Assembly: GCF_964204645.1 (NCBI RefSeq)
Contig: NC_134025.1
Location: 16,901,101 to 16,965,100 of the forward strand
Direction: 5' to 3'
Length of the DNA: 64,000 nt
Origin: Tubulanus polymorphus
Lineage: Eukaryota; Animalia; Nemertea
The translations under genes were made by a program, and so were the position numbers. How positions within the stretch are numbered: the stretch's first letter is position 1; each line of letters begins with the position of its first letter. Positions 13,271 through 26,700 of the stretch are shown in pieces. The notes under the pieces were generated by a model that ran no database searches, had not been told where the DNA came from, and saw only the letters and a program-made list of their open reading frames with translations.

Positions 13271-13643
13271 ATCTTTAAAAGGAATGAAATTTTTGATTGT
13301 AAAATATTCACTGTTTAAAATATGAATTATTTCACTCGTTAATTACTCGTTACTTTTTATATTGAAAATAAGAATTTAACGCATATAAATATAAATATTC
13401 AATGATTTATCTATGAATTATTTCAATCACACTTTACTAACACTTTTAATGTTTAAAAATCTAACTCATACAAATATAAATATTGAAATAATGTTTAAAA
13501 TATATCTATATATCTATTCTATAAGAGCTCGTTAATTACTCGTTACTTTTTTACTAACACTTTGCTCACACTTTTATATTGAATAATCTATCAATTTATA
13601 TGTTATTCATTTATATTTTATTCATATATATGAATATTTTAAG

Positions 13644-13912
13644 AGTAATAGGGAATATCTTGTTTCATATCAAAGGTTGAAAGGGCTAGTGAGTAAAAAA
13701 TGAAAAATATGAAAATAATAATCATTTCTATTTGAATTAGGAGTGAAACTCATATAAAATGAAAAATAAATTCGAGTGTGCGAGAATTATTTTTCATTTT
13801 ATATGAGTTTCGCTACTAATTCAAATAGAAATTGTTATTATTTTCATATTTTTCATTTTTTATGAGCTCGACCTTTCGACCTTTGGTATGAAACAAGATA
13901 TTCCCTATTACT
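13644..13912. repeat. 269-bp imperfect palindrome (terminal hairpin)
   Basis: Arms 13644-13773 and 13784-13912 are reverse complements; loop GAGTGTGCGA. Confidence 0.92.
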
Positions 13913-13974
13913 GCTTTAAGTAGAGCTTTTTTCAATAGGAAATCGGGGTAGGCAAGTTTTTTGAGAGATTGGTT

Positions 13975-15089
13975 GTATCATCAACCTTATCTCTATTTGT
14001 ACGACGGACTCCTTTTTTGAATTCAATTGTTTTTACGAACAGACATTCGGTATCGCTATGGGAAATCCTCTTAGTCCTATTCTAGCTAATTTATTCCTAG
14101 AACATGTTGAATCTGAAATATTGCCTCTTTATACTGATATTCACCCTAAAATCTGGCTCAGATATGTTGACGATGTTCTGGCTTTGGTTCCCTTTGACTT
14201 CAATATTGATAACTTTCTTATATATTTAAACTCCCTTTACCCGTCTCTGGCTTTTACGTATGAATGGGAATCTAATAGTAAAATACCTTTTCTGGATGTT
14301 TTGATTTTTAACTGTGGATCCTTTTTGAAATTCGCGGTTTATAGGAAACCTACCAACGCTGAATCCTACCTCCATTACTTCTCTTTTACTTCTCCGGATA
14401 TTAAACTCGGTTTAGCTCAAGGATTATTTCTTCGCGCTTTGAGAATTTGCGACCCCTCATTTCTACCCGATGAAATTCAACATATTAACCAATCTCTCAA
14501 AAAACTTGCCTACCCCGATTTCCTATTGAAAAAAGCTCTACTTAAAGCTCGTACTACGCATTTTAGAAATAACAACCTTAGAACTCCTACGTTGGCTACC
14601 GATAAACAGCCTATCATTGTACCGTATGTTCCTTTCCTCGAGAATTCTAAAGTTTCTCTTCGGTCACTAAATAAACAACTTATCTTTAAATACAATAATA
14701 AACTTAGTAACATATTGATTAATAACAAACCGAAAACCGAATCCCTAAACTGTGGAATTTATAAAATACCTTGTAAAGTTTGCGACAAAGTATATATAGG
14801 AGAAACAGGTCGGAACCTTAATCAACGCATAAAAGAGCATAAATTAGATGTAAAAAACTTTAAACCTGAAAGCGGAGTTGCTAGTCATGTTTTTCAGACT
14901 TCACACAATTTTGATTTTGCTAATGCTGAATTAATTTACCCTTGCAGCGATAAAACTAGAAGACATATTTTGGAATCTGCATGAATTATTGAAAATTCGA
15001 ACAACGTTGTAAACCTTAACAATGGTTTTTCACCCCATAATAAACTTATATCAAAATTCCTCTGTAAACTAGTTAAACTCAACACTTGA
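13975..15089 (+). pseudogene. Penelope reverse transcriptase / GIY-YIG endonuclease (partial)
   Basis: GIAMGNPLSPILANLF, RYVDD, FLDV, VYRKPT, GIYKIPCKVCDKVYIGETGR. Premature TGA at 14982-14984, after which the frame continues IIENSNNVVNLNNG. Confidence 0.92.
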
Positions 15090-15396
15090 TTTCCCCTTTG
15101 ATTATTTGTTATTTGTTCTCTCATCAATTTCGTCTCTGACTTAACTTGTATTCACCTTTGTTTTAATTTAAGTGCCCCCTAGTTTGTCTTTCTTTTTACT
15201 ACTGACTTTAAGTTTCATTTATATTTATACTGACTATTGTTGTTTATAATTACCCCTTAGTTTGCTTCCCTTTAATCTATTTTAGCGTGTAACTGTTTCT
15301 ACGTTAATTTTCCTTTAGTTTGTATCATCTCTGATTACTTGAATTAGTCTCTTTGTCTCTGGATTGTATATATATCTCATAATTTCTGTAGTATCT

Positions 15397-15446
15397 CATT
15401 ATTCCTGAAGATGACTATTAGGATATAGTCGAAACGTTTAAATAAA
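15397..15446 (+). ncRNA. Minimal hammerhead ribozyme of the Penelope pLTR
   Basis: CTGAAGA core (15405), stem II GACTA-loop-TAGTC, GAAAC core, palindromic AAACGTTT as stem III, TTATT/AATAA as stem I. Confidence 0.75.
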
Positions 15447-16689
15447 CTACTATCTCGAAGTTTCATTTTCGGACTTTTTATTATCATTGTGGGATTCTCT
15501 CCTCATCGCGTCAACACGGATATAGTGTTCTACCAATCGTTTCTAAAATTATATGTAAGTGTCATACCATCTCATGCTGTAGGATATTGTGTATCGTAAC
15601 ATTTGAAATTCCTAAATCTACCTGGCTTCATTGGGTACTGTTTTTTAAAAAGAAAAACAAATAACACCCAACGCACCAATACCTGTAATTCTAAAAGTTC
15701 AGGTTATAACGTTTAGAATATTCCTCCCTTAGTCAATACTTTGAATATAAGACCAGAAGGTAAAATTCTCTTCGTTGGACTTTTGGAGGAATCGTTTGAA
15801 TATCGGACCCCTTGGTCGAGTTTCCATCGATTGACATTGGGAGGAATGTTCCTCCCGAAGTCGATACTTTGAATATCAGAACTGAATTCTCTTCCGAATT
15901 GGCTATTTCAGATGACTCAAAACCAGGTTCCTATTTTTCATTTCGTCTGTGTAGTTCGGATTTTATACCATCAACAAATGAACTTGAACTTTAATTTTAT
16001 TGATCCATATAATATACAAATGGAAGATCTCATTGGATTCGAGTCCCACTTACCTCGGTGTACTCTGGATTGATTTTTTAGGTCCGATTTTTAAAGGGCT
16101 TTCCCGCGACTAACAAATCCCAAAATTCCACACAAGCCTTTGTAAAATTAGAGAAAGAGACAACAGAAAAGAAAACTATATTTATTTTTTGCTTCAGTGA
16201 AATAGATTTGCACAACAAACAAACAGTTTAGATAAAAATACTACTTAGAATCATAATTACTACAGTCTGAATGTGAGTTAAAATATACTGTTTACCGGTA
16301 TCTATAATAAACAGAATTCAATAGTCACAATACTAATACAGAGGGTACTTTCAAGTATCAATACCAGAGACAATTAGGCCTACATGTTAAGAAACATTCA
16401 GTCCTCAAAACATTTTGTTGGAGATAAGTTCGGCGCCAGTATGTACCACCACATATTGCAGGTAACAAATTAATGCAACACCTTATGCTATACTCTTTAA
16501 TTGCATCCTGGGCGGCCTTAAAATCACTACAGTCGGTAGATGACAGCGCAGACAATGTCCGCCATACATATGTCATTCAACAAGCTAATGTAAAATGCTA
16601 ATCCGTTATACTATCTGTAGACGGAACGGTCTCTTTTTGTGTCATCTGAAATAGTCAGTTCCATTTATCACATGCGAAAAACGAATCCG

Positions 16690-16840
16690 ATACTAGACTG
16701 GTTGCCGGTCTCTACCCTTCAGTTAGGGCCCCTATTCTGACATCTTCACCCGTCAAGGGATTCGAACCCACTCTGCTAAAGCCGTTCCTCGAACCCCTTG
16801 ACCTCACGAGTCGTTGGAGTCGTTACTAGCCGACCAGAAT
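16690..16840 (-). mobile_element. Possible tRNA-derived SINE head
   Basis: The minus strand has the pol III B-box GGGTTCGAATCCC (~16757-16769); no full cloverleaf. Confidence 0.4.
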
Positions 16841-19800
16841 CAGGTCGGGCCAATCACAGCGCTTGTTACAACATTATGAGTTTTCCGGTTTGCTCGGCTA
16901 CCCGTACTGGCGGGGTAGTCTAGAGAGGCCAATGAAAACTCCGGTTTGCTGAACCACCCCTCTTTGCGGGGATGCGGTATGATGTTTGATCTGACAGTTT
17001 CAAGTGGTTAATGGCTGTTTCAAGTGCTTACAACGATGCTTATTACTTCGTGGTACATGGTGGTTTAAAAAAAGATTTCATAATAATACGCTCACCGCGT
17101 GGGCTTCGTAGAAAGATCACTACCTGTGACCTTCCCAAATTTTAATTGTCCTGTCCGATTTGGTTTCATCCAATTGAGAGACTGCCTTTTCCAGTTAGGG
17201 CATTTTTGGATCACGTCACTCCAGGAAATGACTTAACGCTTTTGGGCCCCTTCGTCGGTTCCACATGTTTCATTTGAGCCATAGACCACAATGGTGACAC
17301 CATGATGGTCAGTAACTGACCAATTGAGATATCCCGAGTCTGAACACTTGACTTCGAATTTCGGAAATTTATCATGTAATGTTTGTTTTTTTTTGTAATG
17401 TTTGTTCTTTTTTGGAATTCAAGTAGATTAGTGAAAATATCAATGATGAAGTTCACTTATTATATCAAGTACCGTTTTTACTGTCGCATGCGAGTCGAAA
17501 CAAAAAGATCTATCCAACTGCATATCTTCGGGTATAAACTGTGATATCCTTCAGTATGTTATGAATATCTTTAAAGATTTGTGTTCTAGTATAATACCCG
17601 AAGGTTTAACTATCGGACACATAAAAGATTCGCCATAATCAAAGTTTTTAAGAAAATCTTTCTTCGAGAAAGAAAGATCTTTAAAAGAACGATTGGCGTC
17701 AAACTAAACCATAATGGACTGTTGTGAATTTATTGAATAATCCACCTGAGAAATTTAAAGATTTCGAAGCGAAATTTATTCATATAAATCAAAAATGCAT
17801 GAATAACTTGACGTTATTTGCGGGTCTCATGAAACACTTTCGTGCGCTCTTTTTAAATCTAAAATAGCATAAATACATGCGTGTTTCGTTATAAACAAGG
17901 TTCAATTCCAAACGCACATGAAATATGGAGCCTGTATCACACGATATACACATCTTGAATTTTCTCTAACTACGTAGGCCCTTTCCAAATGGGAATTGTT
18001 CAGTTTTTTAACGGCCGACATTCAGAGGCACCTAAAAAACCGGTTGTATAGCACGTGAGATTTTCAGTGTAGGGCACATCTCACATCGACTCGGCTAGCG
18101 GTCGGTGGTTTAATGGGAACACATCTGGTTGTTACTAGTTTAACAGTTGACGAATTCAGAAAACCTTTCAAATGTCTTTGATAACTTTTTGAACATAGTA
18201 TTCTCCTTAATTGCATTTCGCTGATTCCATAGATATTTTTTCATGAAAATTGCTCCAGTTATAACGGATTTAAACATACATGTGAAATGATTATTTTCAA
18301 AATATTCAATTTTCTCCGATTTTGAAGAAATTCTGACACAATATCATCTCCACTCGACACATGATTTTACTTCGGCGCCTTTGAAGGGAGTGTCACTTGT
18401 TGTTGAGTTCATATTTAGTCAAACAAGAAGATATGCCTGATTCCTTTTTAGAATTTAGATTTCGACGAATATCATCAAATTACTAGAAAGGGACAGCAGC
18501 TTTCGGTCATCCGCAAAAATACCTAAAATTCTCTCCTAGGGTTATGGAAAAACATGTCACGAAACATAAGAATATATTCTCGCCCACCCTTGAAAAAAAC
18601 AACGTGATTTCAATTGAAGATGACACGTAGCCTCATATCAAATGATTATGAACGCAACAGAGCCTATTCATTCACTTTACGAGGATGGGTCTCCACATTA
18701 CGATACGAGTTTCGTGGTTACGAATGATGAATACAACTGATAAAGCGCCAATTTCACTGATTCTTGCACATAAAGGTGTTTTAGAATAATCTAGTTAACA
18801 GGTGTGTTTTGGGAGTATTTTGAATTTAAATTCAAATCGGGGTTCATGACGAATATTGAGCATTCTAGGGCTGGAGCAAGAAACGTGTGGGATCGTCCGC
18901 CAATGGTATCGCCCAAGAAATAATAAGGAGCCAGTCCGTGGTGGCTATTGAAAGCGACGACCGCATGTGAATGCATTGATTGAATGACATCTCAAAAGTC
19001 AGATGATATAAAATTGAACATGATATATGGATAGGTTATTCCATATATACTGGTAAAAATGATGCCCAATATGTGATATAAATGTTCAATTAAAAAGTAG
19101 AAACCGAATCCATAATTCAGTCTGGTATTGTTATAACATCAAACACTCAAATTTAATCCTTTGTTAGATTGGTAGCCAGTGTAGATGAGCAAGAATAGTG
19201 GTCCCTAATTTTAATGTGGACTGTTCAACAAGTTGGAGTTTGTGTAGAGATGAATGAGTTTAAAATGGAATTTAGATAATACTGTTTGAATGTCTATTAC
19301 TCAATATTTTTATTGATCATAAAAAATTGTGGTAAAATATTTGACTCTAGGGTTGGTTTTAGATTGTATCTCTCCACGCCAGAGGTAATCACGGATATTG
19401 GACTACACAAAATTCCTTGTGTACAGCTCAACTTTTTAAATCCCTGGAAAAGCTCGCCACGGATATATCTCAGTAATGATTAATTTTCCCACAAATTCTC
19501 CCCTTCGAAAAACCTGAACAACCAATGTACGCTTGCTCTAAGTTTCCCAATGGACTATTGTTACCTTTTCTAGCTATTTGCACTAGCTGTTTGTCGCAAA
19601 TAGATTGCATCCTCTATTACAGGAGTAAAGGATACAGCTCTGGGACCCGTTTCTCAAAAGATAGTTTAAATTAACCATCATCCAATGTGATACATGACTA
19701 AATACACTGAAAAAGATCAACTATGTACACATTTCAAATTTCAAACCATGTTTTATCATTAGAAAATTACGACACAACGTTCGATCTCTCACTAGAGATA

Positions 19801-20002
19801 ATCTTTTGGAATTTGTACACTGAGTTTTCGTATCGTATTATCGTATTTTCAATTCTCTGCTTTTGAGTCAACAAGTACAAAGTTATTTTAGCAATGAAAA
19901 TTTAATTGTCATTATAAATGTTAACTATCCACTGGTAAACTTACTAACTTTTGGCAACTGACCTTAGATCGTGGAATGGTCTCAGGTGGCCTGCTGATCC
20001 AC

Positions 20003-23000
20003 TCTTTATTTATACTAGTAAAGAAATATACAGTATAAGACGTAAAAAGTATATGAACATATTATTTATCTTTATATCGCGATAATTCGTGTACGTATGA
20101 TTGAAAAACGATATTCTATCGAATCATGTATATACAAATATTTACAAAACAACACTGAAGTGATTAAAATTTAGAGAATGAAAACGTAACAAAATATATA
20201 TACATCAACTATTTACAATACTATATATACTATTATATACATCAACTATTTACAATACTATATATACTATTGGAGGAATCTATATAATCTAAGGAGGAAT
20301 GGAAATGGAGGAATCTAAGCCGGTCTTAATGAATTTAGCTAAGTTGACCGTTGGGTTTTTCAGAATATCAAGGGTATTTAAGGTATTCAAATTCAAAAAG
20401 TTTTTGCGTTGTTCGTTAAGTAAGGTACAGTCAAACAGAAAATGGGATTCGTCACCTAAAGTATTACAAGTGGGGCATATTCTATCGGCTCTGTCTAAAT
20501 GAAGGTTTGAAAATTTGTTCACAGGCGAAATATAGGACCCGACCCTAAATTCAAATAAACTAGTTCCTAAGTCATCACCAAGTTCTATTATATACTTCTC
20601 TAACCTAATATCATTTTTATATTGCCTAAAGTTAGTGTATATCGGATTAGTATTTATGGCAGATACAGTTTCTTGAAGGTGCTGGTCACGGAGTATCTGT
20701 TTTATTCGTTTTGAAAAAGATTTACTGTTAGTCATGAATTGCTGCGTCCAAATGCAGGACAAACCACAGTCATCAAACGTTTTCTTTATATATGATAACC
20801 AAGGGCTCTTAAATTTATCCCTTAAAAATAAATTGAAAGATATTTTATAGAGTATTGAATTAAGTTTGGTTTGCTTTCCAGATACTGTTTTAACCCAAAA
20901 GTTAATCATCCTGCGTCTAACATCTATATTCAAAGGGTAACGTCCTAGCTCTGATAAAACTTGTAAGTTGCGAGAATATTTCGTCACTTTCATTAAGATT
21001 TTACAGAAGAAGCAATGAATATTTTCTAATAAATCAAGATTTTCGTATCCCCAGATCTCACACCCATACATGGCTATTAGCAACACACGTATCAAATAAT
21101 CTAAACATAACATCTATGGGCAATTTCAAACGTCTGCCTTTTTGAACGATCGAAAACATAGCTCTCATAGCTTTATCGTAAAGATACTTTTTTGCCTTAG
21201 CAAAGTTACCATTCCAATTGAATTTTACTCCGAGATAAACATAATCTTCAACTACCTCTAACTCTTGATCACCAAACATAAATTTCGAAATCGTTTTTAT
21301 CCGGGATTTACTTCGCGCAAATACTAGTACTTTAGTTTTCTCTGAGTTTCAGTGAGACCATTAGCCGCGCAATATTCAAATAAGGTATCTAAGTGTAGCT
21401 GAAGAGATTTCGCATCCTCAGCAAGAATAACTGTATCATCTGCGTATAGTATTATGAATAAATTCAGTAAAGTATCAATATCCTGATCACGATTCAAATT
21501 TAGTTTTTCTATAAATGACAAAGTCGGTTTTCCACGATCAATGAAAAATTCTTCATTGTCGTTTAAGAATAACGAAAAGAGGAGAGGTGAGAGATTTTCG
21601 CCTTGTCTTAAGCCTCTATCAGCTGCAAAGTATTGTGACGTGCAACCATTTAATTTAACACATGATTTTATGGAGTTATACATATTTTTGACCACATTGA
21701 AAAAGTTTCCATTAACACTGTTAGCAATTAATTTTCGCCATAACGTTACCCTACAAATCGAGTCGAAAGCTTTCTTAAAATCAACTGAGGCGCAAAAAAG
21801 TCTTCTTCCCTGACAAAGATACAGCTCTACGATTGTTTTAAGCGTGTAAATATGATCAATGGTGGAATATTTCGATCTAAAGCCAGCCTGGGCTTCACTT
21901 ATAATGTGATTCGTATCTAGGAATGTTGACAATCTTTGATTTAGGATACTTATGAATAATTTACCAAGACAGCTAACTAAGGTAATACCTCTATAATTAT
22001 CAGGATTAGAGGGATCGCCATTCTTTTTGAAAATGGGTTTGATGACGCCTATAGACCACATCTCTGGAACATATCCTGTTTTAAGAACTAAATTGAATAA
22101 TTTTTGTAATATATCAACTAAAAACGGATACTGACTAACTCCCAACAGCTCATTCGTGATTCCATCAATGCCTGGGGCCTTATTGTTTTTGAGTAAAGAG
22201 ATAGCCTTAATTACCTCATCACTGGTTATATCACTGTTCAAAATATAATTGTCATAGACAGGATGGTCACCCACGTCTGCGGGCTCATCACCGTCATCGG
22301 TTTCATTGTTAACATTATTCAAATCATATAATCTCATAAAATGTTCAAGAAAAATATCAATATCTATATTAGCCTCATTATTTTTTGTTCCGCTCGCAGA
22401 GTTTAGCATCGACCAATACTTTTTTGGGTTACTAATTTCGCATTCTCTCAATTCCTTAATAAATTCATCCTTTTGTTTCTTCTTATTTCCTCGGATGACC
22501 TTTTTATAGTTTTTAGACGAGTTCTTAAGGGATTCAAAATTGGAAGGGGTAGGGCAACCCCTATATCTTTTTTTCATATAATTATATTTCTTCTGTGCAT
22601 CTCTACAGTCCCTGCCAAACCATCTGTTGCGGACCAGTTTTTTGCAGTTATTACTTTTCCTACTTTTTCTATGGTACATCAAATTACACTCATCAGCACT
22701 TGATAATAAAGAAGATACAAATCTATCGGTAAGTCCATTAATGTCATTTGGCGATTGATTTCTTAGATCTTGCAACCCGTCCAACAGTAACTTATCTAAA
22801 TCATTATCTCGTAATCTTGATTCTACATTCAGGAAAAATTGATTTGATGTAGTACTGTCCCACCTAATTGAAGTGTTAAAGTTCGTGTGTTCATTACCCC
22901 TTTCATTATCGCTAGCAATGGTGTCCCTAGAATTCGTATACACGCACAGATTAATAGGATTATGTCCATCAGATAATAATGGGTCAAAAGGCATTATTTC

Positions 23001-23542
23001 AAAGTCCTCAACATAACCAAACAGTTCTAAATCACACACAAAATAATCGATGACACTAGTGTTCCTAAAAGTATAATTACCTGTCTGATCATTGCCACAT
23101 CTGCCATTGAGGATAATTAGTGAATGGTTCTTACACAAATCTATTAGTTGATAGCCTGTATTATTCTTTCTTTTGTCCTGATTATTTCTAGTTGTGGGAA
23201 CGCCTAAATTAATCAATGAGTCAACAATAGGGTCTAAGTTATCATCTTGAATTATCTGATTATCAGGTTCCAAAAAGTCTGGCATACAAGTTGTGTGAGC
23301 ATTAAAGTCACCAGAAATTAACACATTGAAATCATACTCAACTTTCAATTGCAATAACTCTATTTCAATTTCTCTGATAGCTATTTCTGAATAATAACGA
23401 CTATTTTCTGGAGGAATATAAATTACACCTAAAAGTACATGTTTGTCGCGATTAAATAAATCTTTATCTAATAGATACCAAGATACAAACTGAGAGTCAG
23501 TCGAAATTGGTTTTATTTTATTTTTCATGAACTTCCTATATA
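20003..23542 (-). mobile_element. LINE A (APE-RT, RTE-X-like), 5'-truncated and interrupted by LINE B
   Basis: ORF2 fragments plus a 3' UTR with AATAAA on the minus strand near 20005. The APE continues at 29527-29577. Confidence 0.88.
20289..23528 (-). pseudogene. LINE A ORF2: APE endonuclease, reverse transcriptase and C-terminal CCHC, frameshifted
   Basis: GDFNAH, SVIDY, SDGH, KAPGIDG, NYRGITL, DFKKAFD, GLRQGENLSPLLF, LYADD, YVYLG, ELGRYPL, RICPTC..GDESHFLFDC. Confidence 0.93.
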
Positions 23543-23780
23543 ATTCAATTCAATTCAATTAATTCTTTATTGTTCCGTAACGTAGTTAAACATTATAAGA
23601 TTAAGTACAATAAAGACAGGGGGATAAAATATAACATTTTAAGGATAGAGATAACAAAAGCAATAACAGTTTAATATACATATATACACGATGTAGGCAG
23701 GTTTTCAGTAAGTGAATCAGTGATAGTTTAATTAATGGATACTGCGACGTAACACTACAGATTTCAGATGGTTTTTTTTT

Positions 23781-26700
23781 TCATGAGTTAGACCCTTTCT
23801 CGATGTATTTCCCTAAATATTTGGCCATTTCTATAGAGGACATTATAGTTACAAATTTGACTTTATCATTTACATTCGACATGCTAGGATATTGATTATA
23901 AAATTTATTCAACAGATCTGTTCTTAAATTATCAAATTTTGCACACTCCATTACAAAGTGGAACTCATCTTCTACTACTCCGCATCTGCTACATAAGCGT
24001 TCTTCCCTAGGGATACCTAGGTAGCGCCCTTTCTCAATCATAAGTTTGTGTGCACTTAATTTGGTTAGAGCTGTCTTGGAGGAAATTGGAATGTTCAGTA
24101 GTAAATAGGGTTCCAAACTGAATTCTGTTTTGAAGATCTTATATGAGTCAAGTTTGTTAAAGCTTTGAATTTTTGTTTTCCAGAATATTTTATATCGCTC
24201 TTGGAGTATGTGTTTGAACCTTTTAATATGCTGATAGGTCTGGCCAACTTCTAACAGGTTGAGACTATTTGTAGCAGACAGAATGGCTTTTAGGAAAATA
24301 GTCTAGTCATTTGTCTGGTTTTTCATAGAACTCAAATCTTTCACCGTTATATTTACAATATAATTTACATTTGTACACATGTGGTTATAAAAGTTAATTA
24401 TACGGGAAAATGCATCTATATAAATCGGTAGTCTTCCTAATTCACCGAGTACTGCTAAATTGGTTGTTTTTTTGTTTACATGCAATATGAATTTGCAGAA
24501 TTTGACAGTTAATTTATTGAGTAGGTCATCCTTTTCCATTACTTCCTCAATTGGGAATGTACCCTTGTTTTTGAATAGTTTCTTAGCAGTGCTCGTTTTT
24601 GGTAAACAAATCTCACAACCATATAGTAGGATGGGTGTTACCAAAGTGTCAAACAGCTTTAACGATACATTGGGTGGACAATCTTGAATACCAATCATTT
24701 TTTGAATACTGAACATGGCTCGGTTAGCCGATTTGAATAGATCTTCTCTAGCTTTGTTAAAACACCCAGATGCTGTAAATATAAGTCCTAGATATTTGTA
24801 CTCTTTTACTAATTCAACATTAATTCCATTTATATAAAAATGTGTGTTAATTGGTATATGGCCTTTCTTATTAAAAATTATTGCCTTACTCTTTTCAATG
24901 TTTATTTCTAAATTCCATTTTTGACAGTATTCTGCAATTTTGTCAAGGCAGTTTTGAAGACCATGTTTAGAATTCGACACTAATACAAGATCGTCTGCAT
25001 ATAATAGATAATTTATCAGTATGTCGCCCAGTGGAACTGGGTCACAAGACTCATCGAATATTGACATAATATCGTTAATAAAAATGTTGAAAAGCATCGG
25101 ACTCAGAGTGTTTCCTTGTTGTAACCCAATATTTGAGCTGAATTTGCTGGATGTTTGGTACTTGTTAAGTTTCACTCTACAGGTGATATTCCGATACATA
25201 CTTTCAATGATGCGAATGAAGTGATCTCCTAATTCTAATTGTTTCAATTTGTATATTAGACCCTGGTGCCAGACTGAGTCAAATGCTTTTCGGAAATCAA
25301 TGAAACAGGTATAGAGTTTATTGGATGAGGATAATTTCTTATCGACAAGTCTATTTAGTGTGAACATATGATCTGTGGTCCTACATTTAGGCATGAAACC
25401 AATCTGCTGAGGTAAAATCAAATTGTTTGATTTCAAGTGCTTTGTTAGTCTGACATTCAGGATATGACAAAACACTTTACCGAGACAACTGCTTAAGGTA
25501 ATTCCCCTATAGTTATCGGGCAATGATTTATCGCCCTTTTTATAGAGAGGAGCAATCAGGCCTTCAGCCTATGAATCTGGATAGAAGCCGCTAGAATAAA
25601 CGTAGTTAAATGATTTTGAAAGGGGCTTGACAAGATAGTCTTTCCCGTACTTTAAAATTTCGTTGGTTAATCCATCAGGCCCTGGTGACTTGTTGTTCTT
25701 CAGGGCTGATAGAGCTTCCGAGATTTCTCTTTCCGTGATAAGAATGTCCAATTCAGTAAAAGTAGGTAAATCATTTGGTAAACCCCCCAGGTCTGCTCGG
25801 TTTAGTGAGTTTGCCTTTGCTAAATTTATAGACTTGAAATGGTCAATAAATATTTCCGGATCACAGATATCATTTTTATTCATTGTTTTCCCTCCATCGT
25901 TCTTTAACTCTTTGATTATATTCCAATAGTCACGGGGTCTGCCTTTTAGTGAGGTAAGCATTGAAAGCTTGGATTGCCGAAATGCATTGCGTTTAACTTT
26001 AAGAAGTTTGCGGTATCGTCTTTTCAGTATGAAATATTTCTCTCGGGTGACCCCATTAGTTTGCTTATGCAACATTTTCCCTGTGGCACGCAAATCATTC
26101 CTGAGAGACGAGCATTCTTTATCAAACCAACACTTTTCGCAGTTTACCTTAGTATTCTTTTCCATGTGTCTTTTCTTGGGCATTTTGATATCTTTATGTA
26201 GTATGGCCACAAATTCATCAACTATGTTGTTCACAGTGTGAATATCAGCAGTGTCTGAGGACCAGACATCTTTGTTGCATAGGTTATCTGATTCAATGAT
26301 GATATCTGGGTTTGATAAATACGAGTCTATTTCTTCTGGGTCTTTTAGTTTAGCAAACTGACTATTGTAAAAATCTGTATAAGTTGGTGGGTTATAGGCT
26401 CCCTCAGGAGGTGCAACTGTTTCGTATTGCAGGCCCAATCCTATGGCACAATGATCTGAGAGCTCACTAAGTTGGATATGGACATGAAAGTATTTGATAA
26501 GAGGGAAGATTTCATCATTAATTAGAGCCAGATCTACAACACAACTTCCATTCCATTGGTGACAGGTATATTCACCAAAGTGGTCACCGGGGCACCGACC
26601 ATTTAGAATACATAAATTATTGGACATACACATTTCAACTATATTCTTGCCCATTTTGTTAACCGTTTTATCTTTGTTCCTCCTTATGGGCATTTCATTG

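Larger units (their letters stand above)
359..13913. mobile_element. Decayed Polinton/Maverick (adintovirus)-like pPolB element with inverted, hairpin-forming termini
   Basis: The left end CAGTAATAGGGAATAAGTTGTTTCATACCAAAGGTCGA (359) is matched in reverse complement at 13855-13913. The span contains a protein-primed PolB pseudogene and virus-like zinc-finger ORFs. No integrase, ATPase or capsid gene was recognised and no TSD is visible. Confidence 0.7.
13913..15550 (+). mobile_element. Penelope-like retroelement, 5'-truncated, with an inverted 5' fragment
   Basis: RT plus GIY-YIG ORF; 13913-13974 is the reverse complement of 14487-14548; hammerhead motif in the 3' region. The 3' boundary is approximate. 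Confidence 0.9.

Noticed and set aside
359-13913. Two-segment bidnavirus integration
   Set aside because: A single inversion explains the three arm copies, no capsid or NS1 gene is seen, and the PolB architecture is Polinton-like
15680-16000. Minus-strand host exon
   Set aside because: Stops interrupt the candidate frames and no family was recognised
16745-16800. tRNA gene
   Set aside because: Only a B-box is present; no acceptor or anticodon stems could be built
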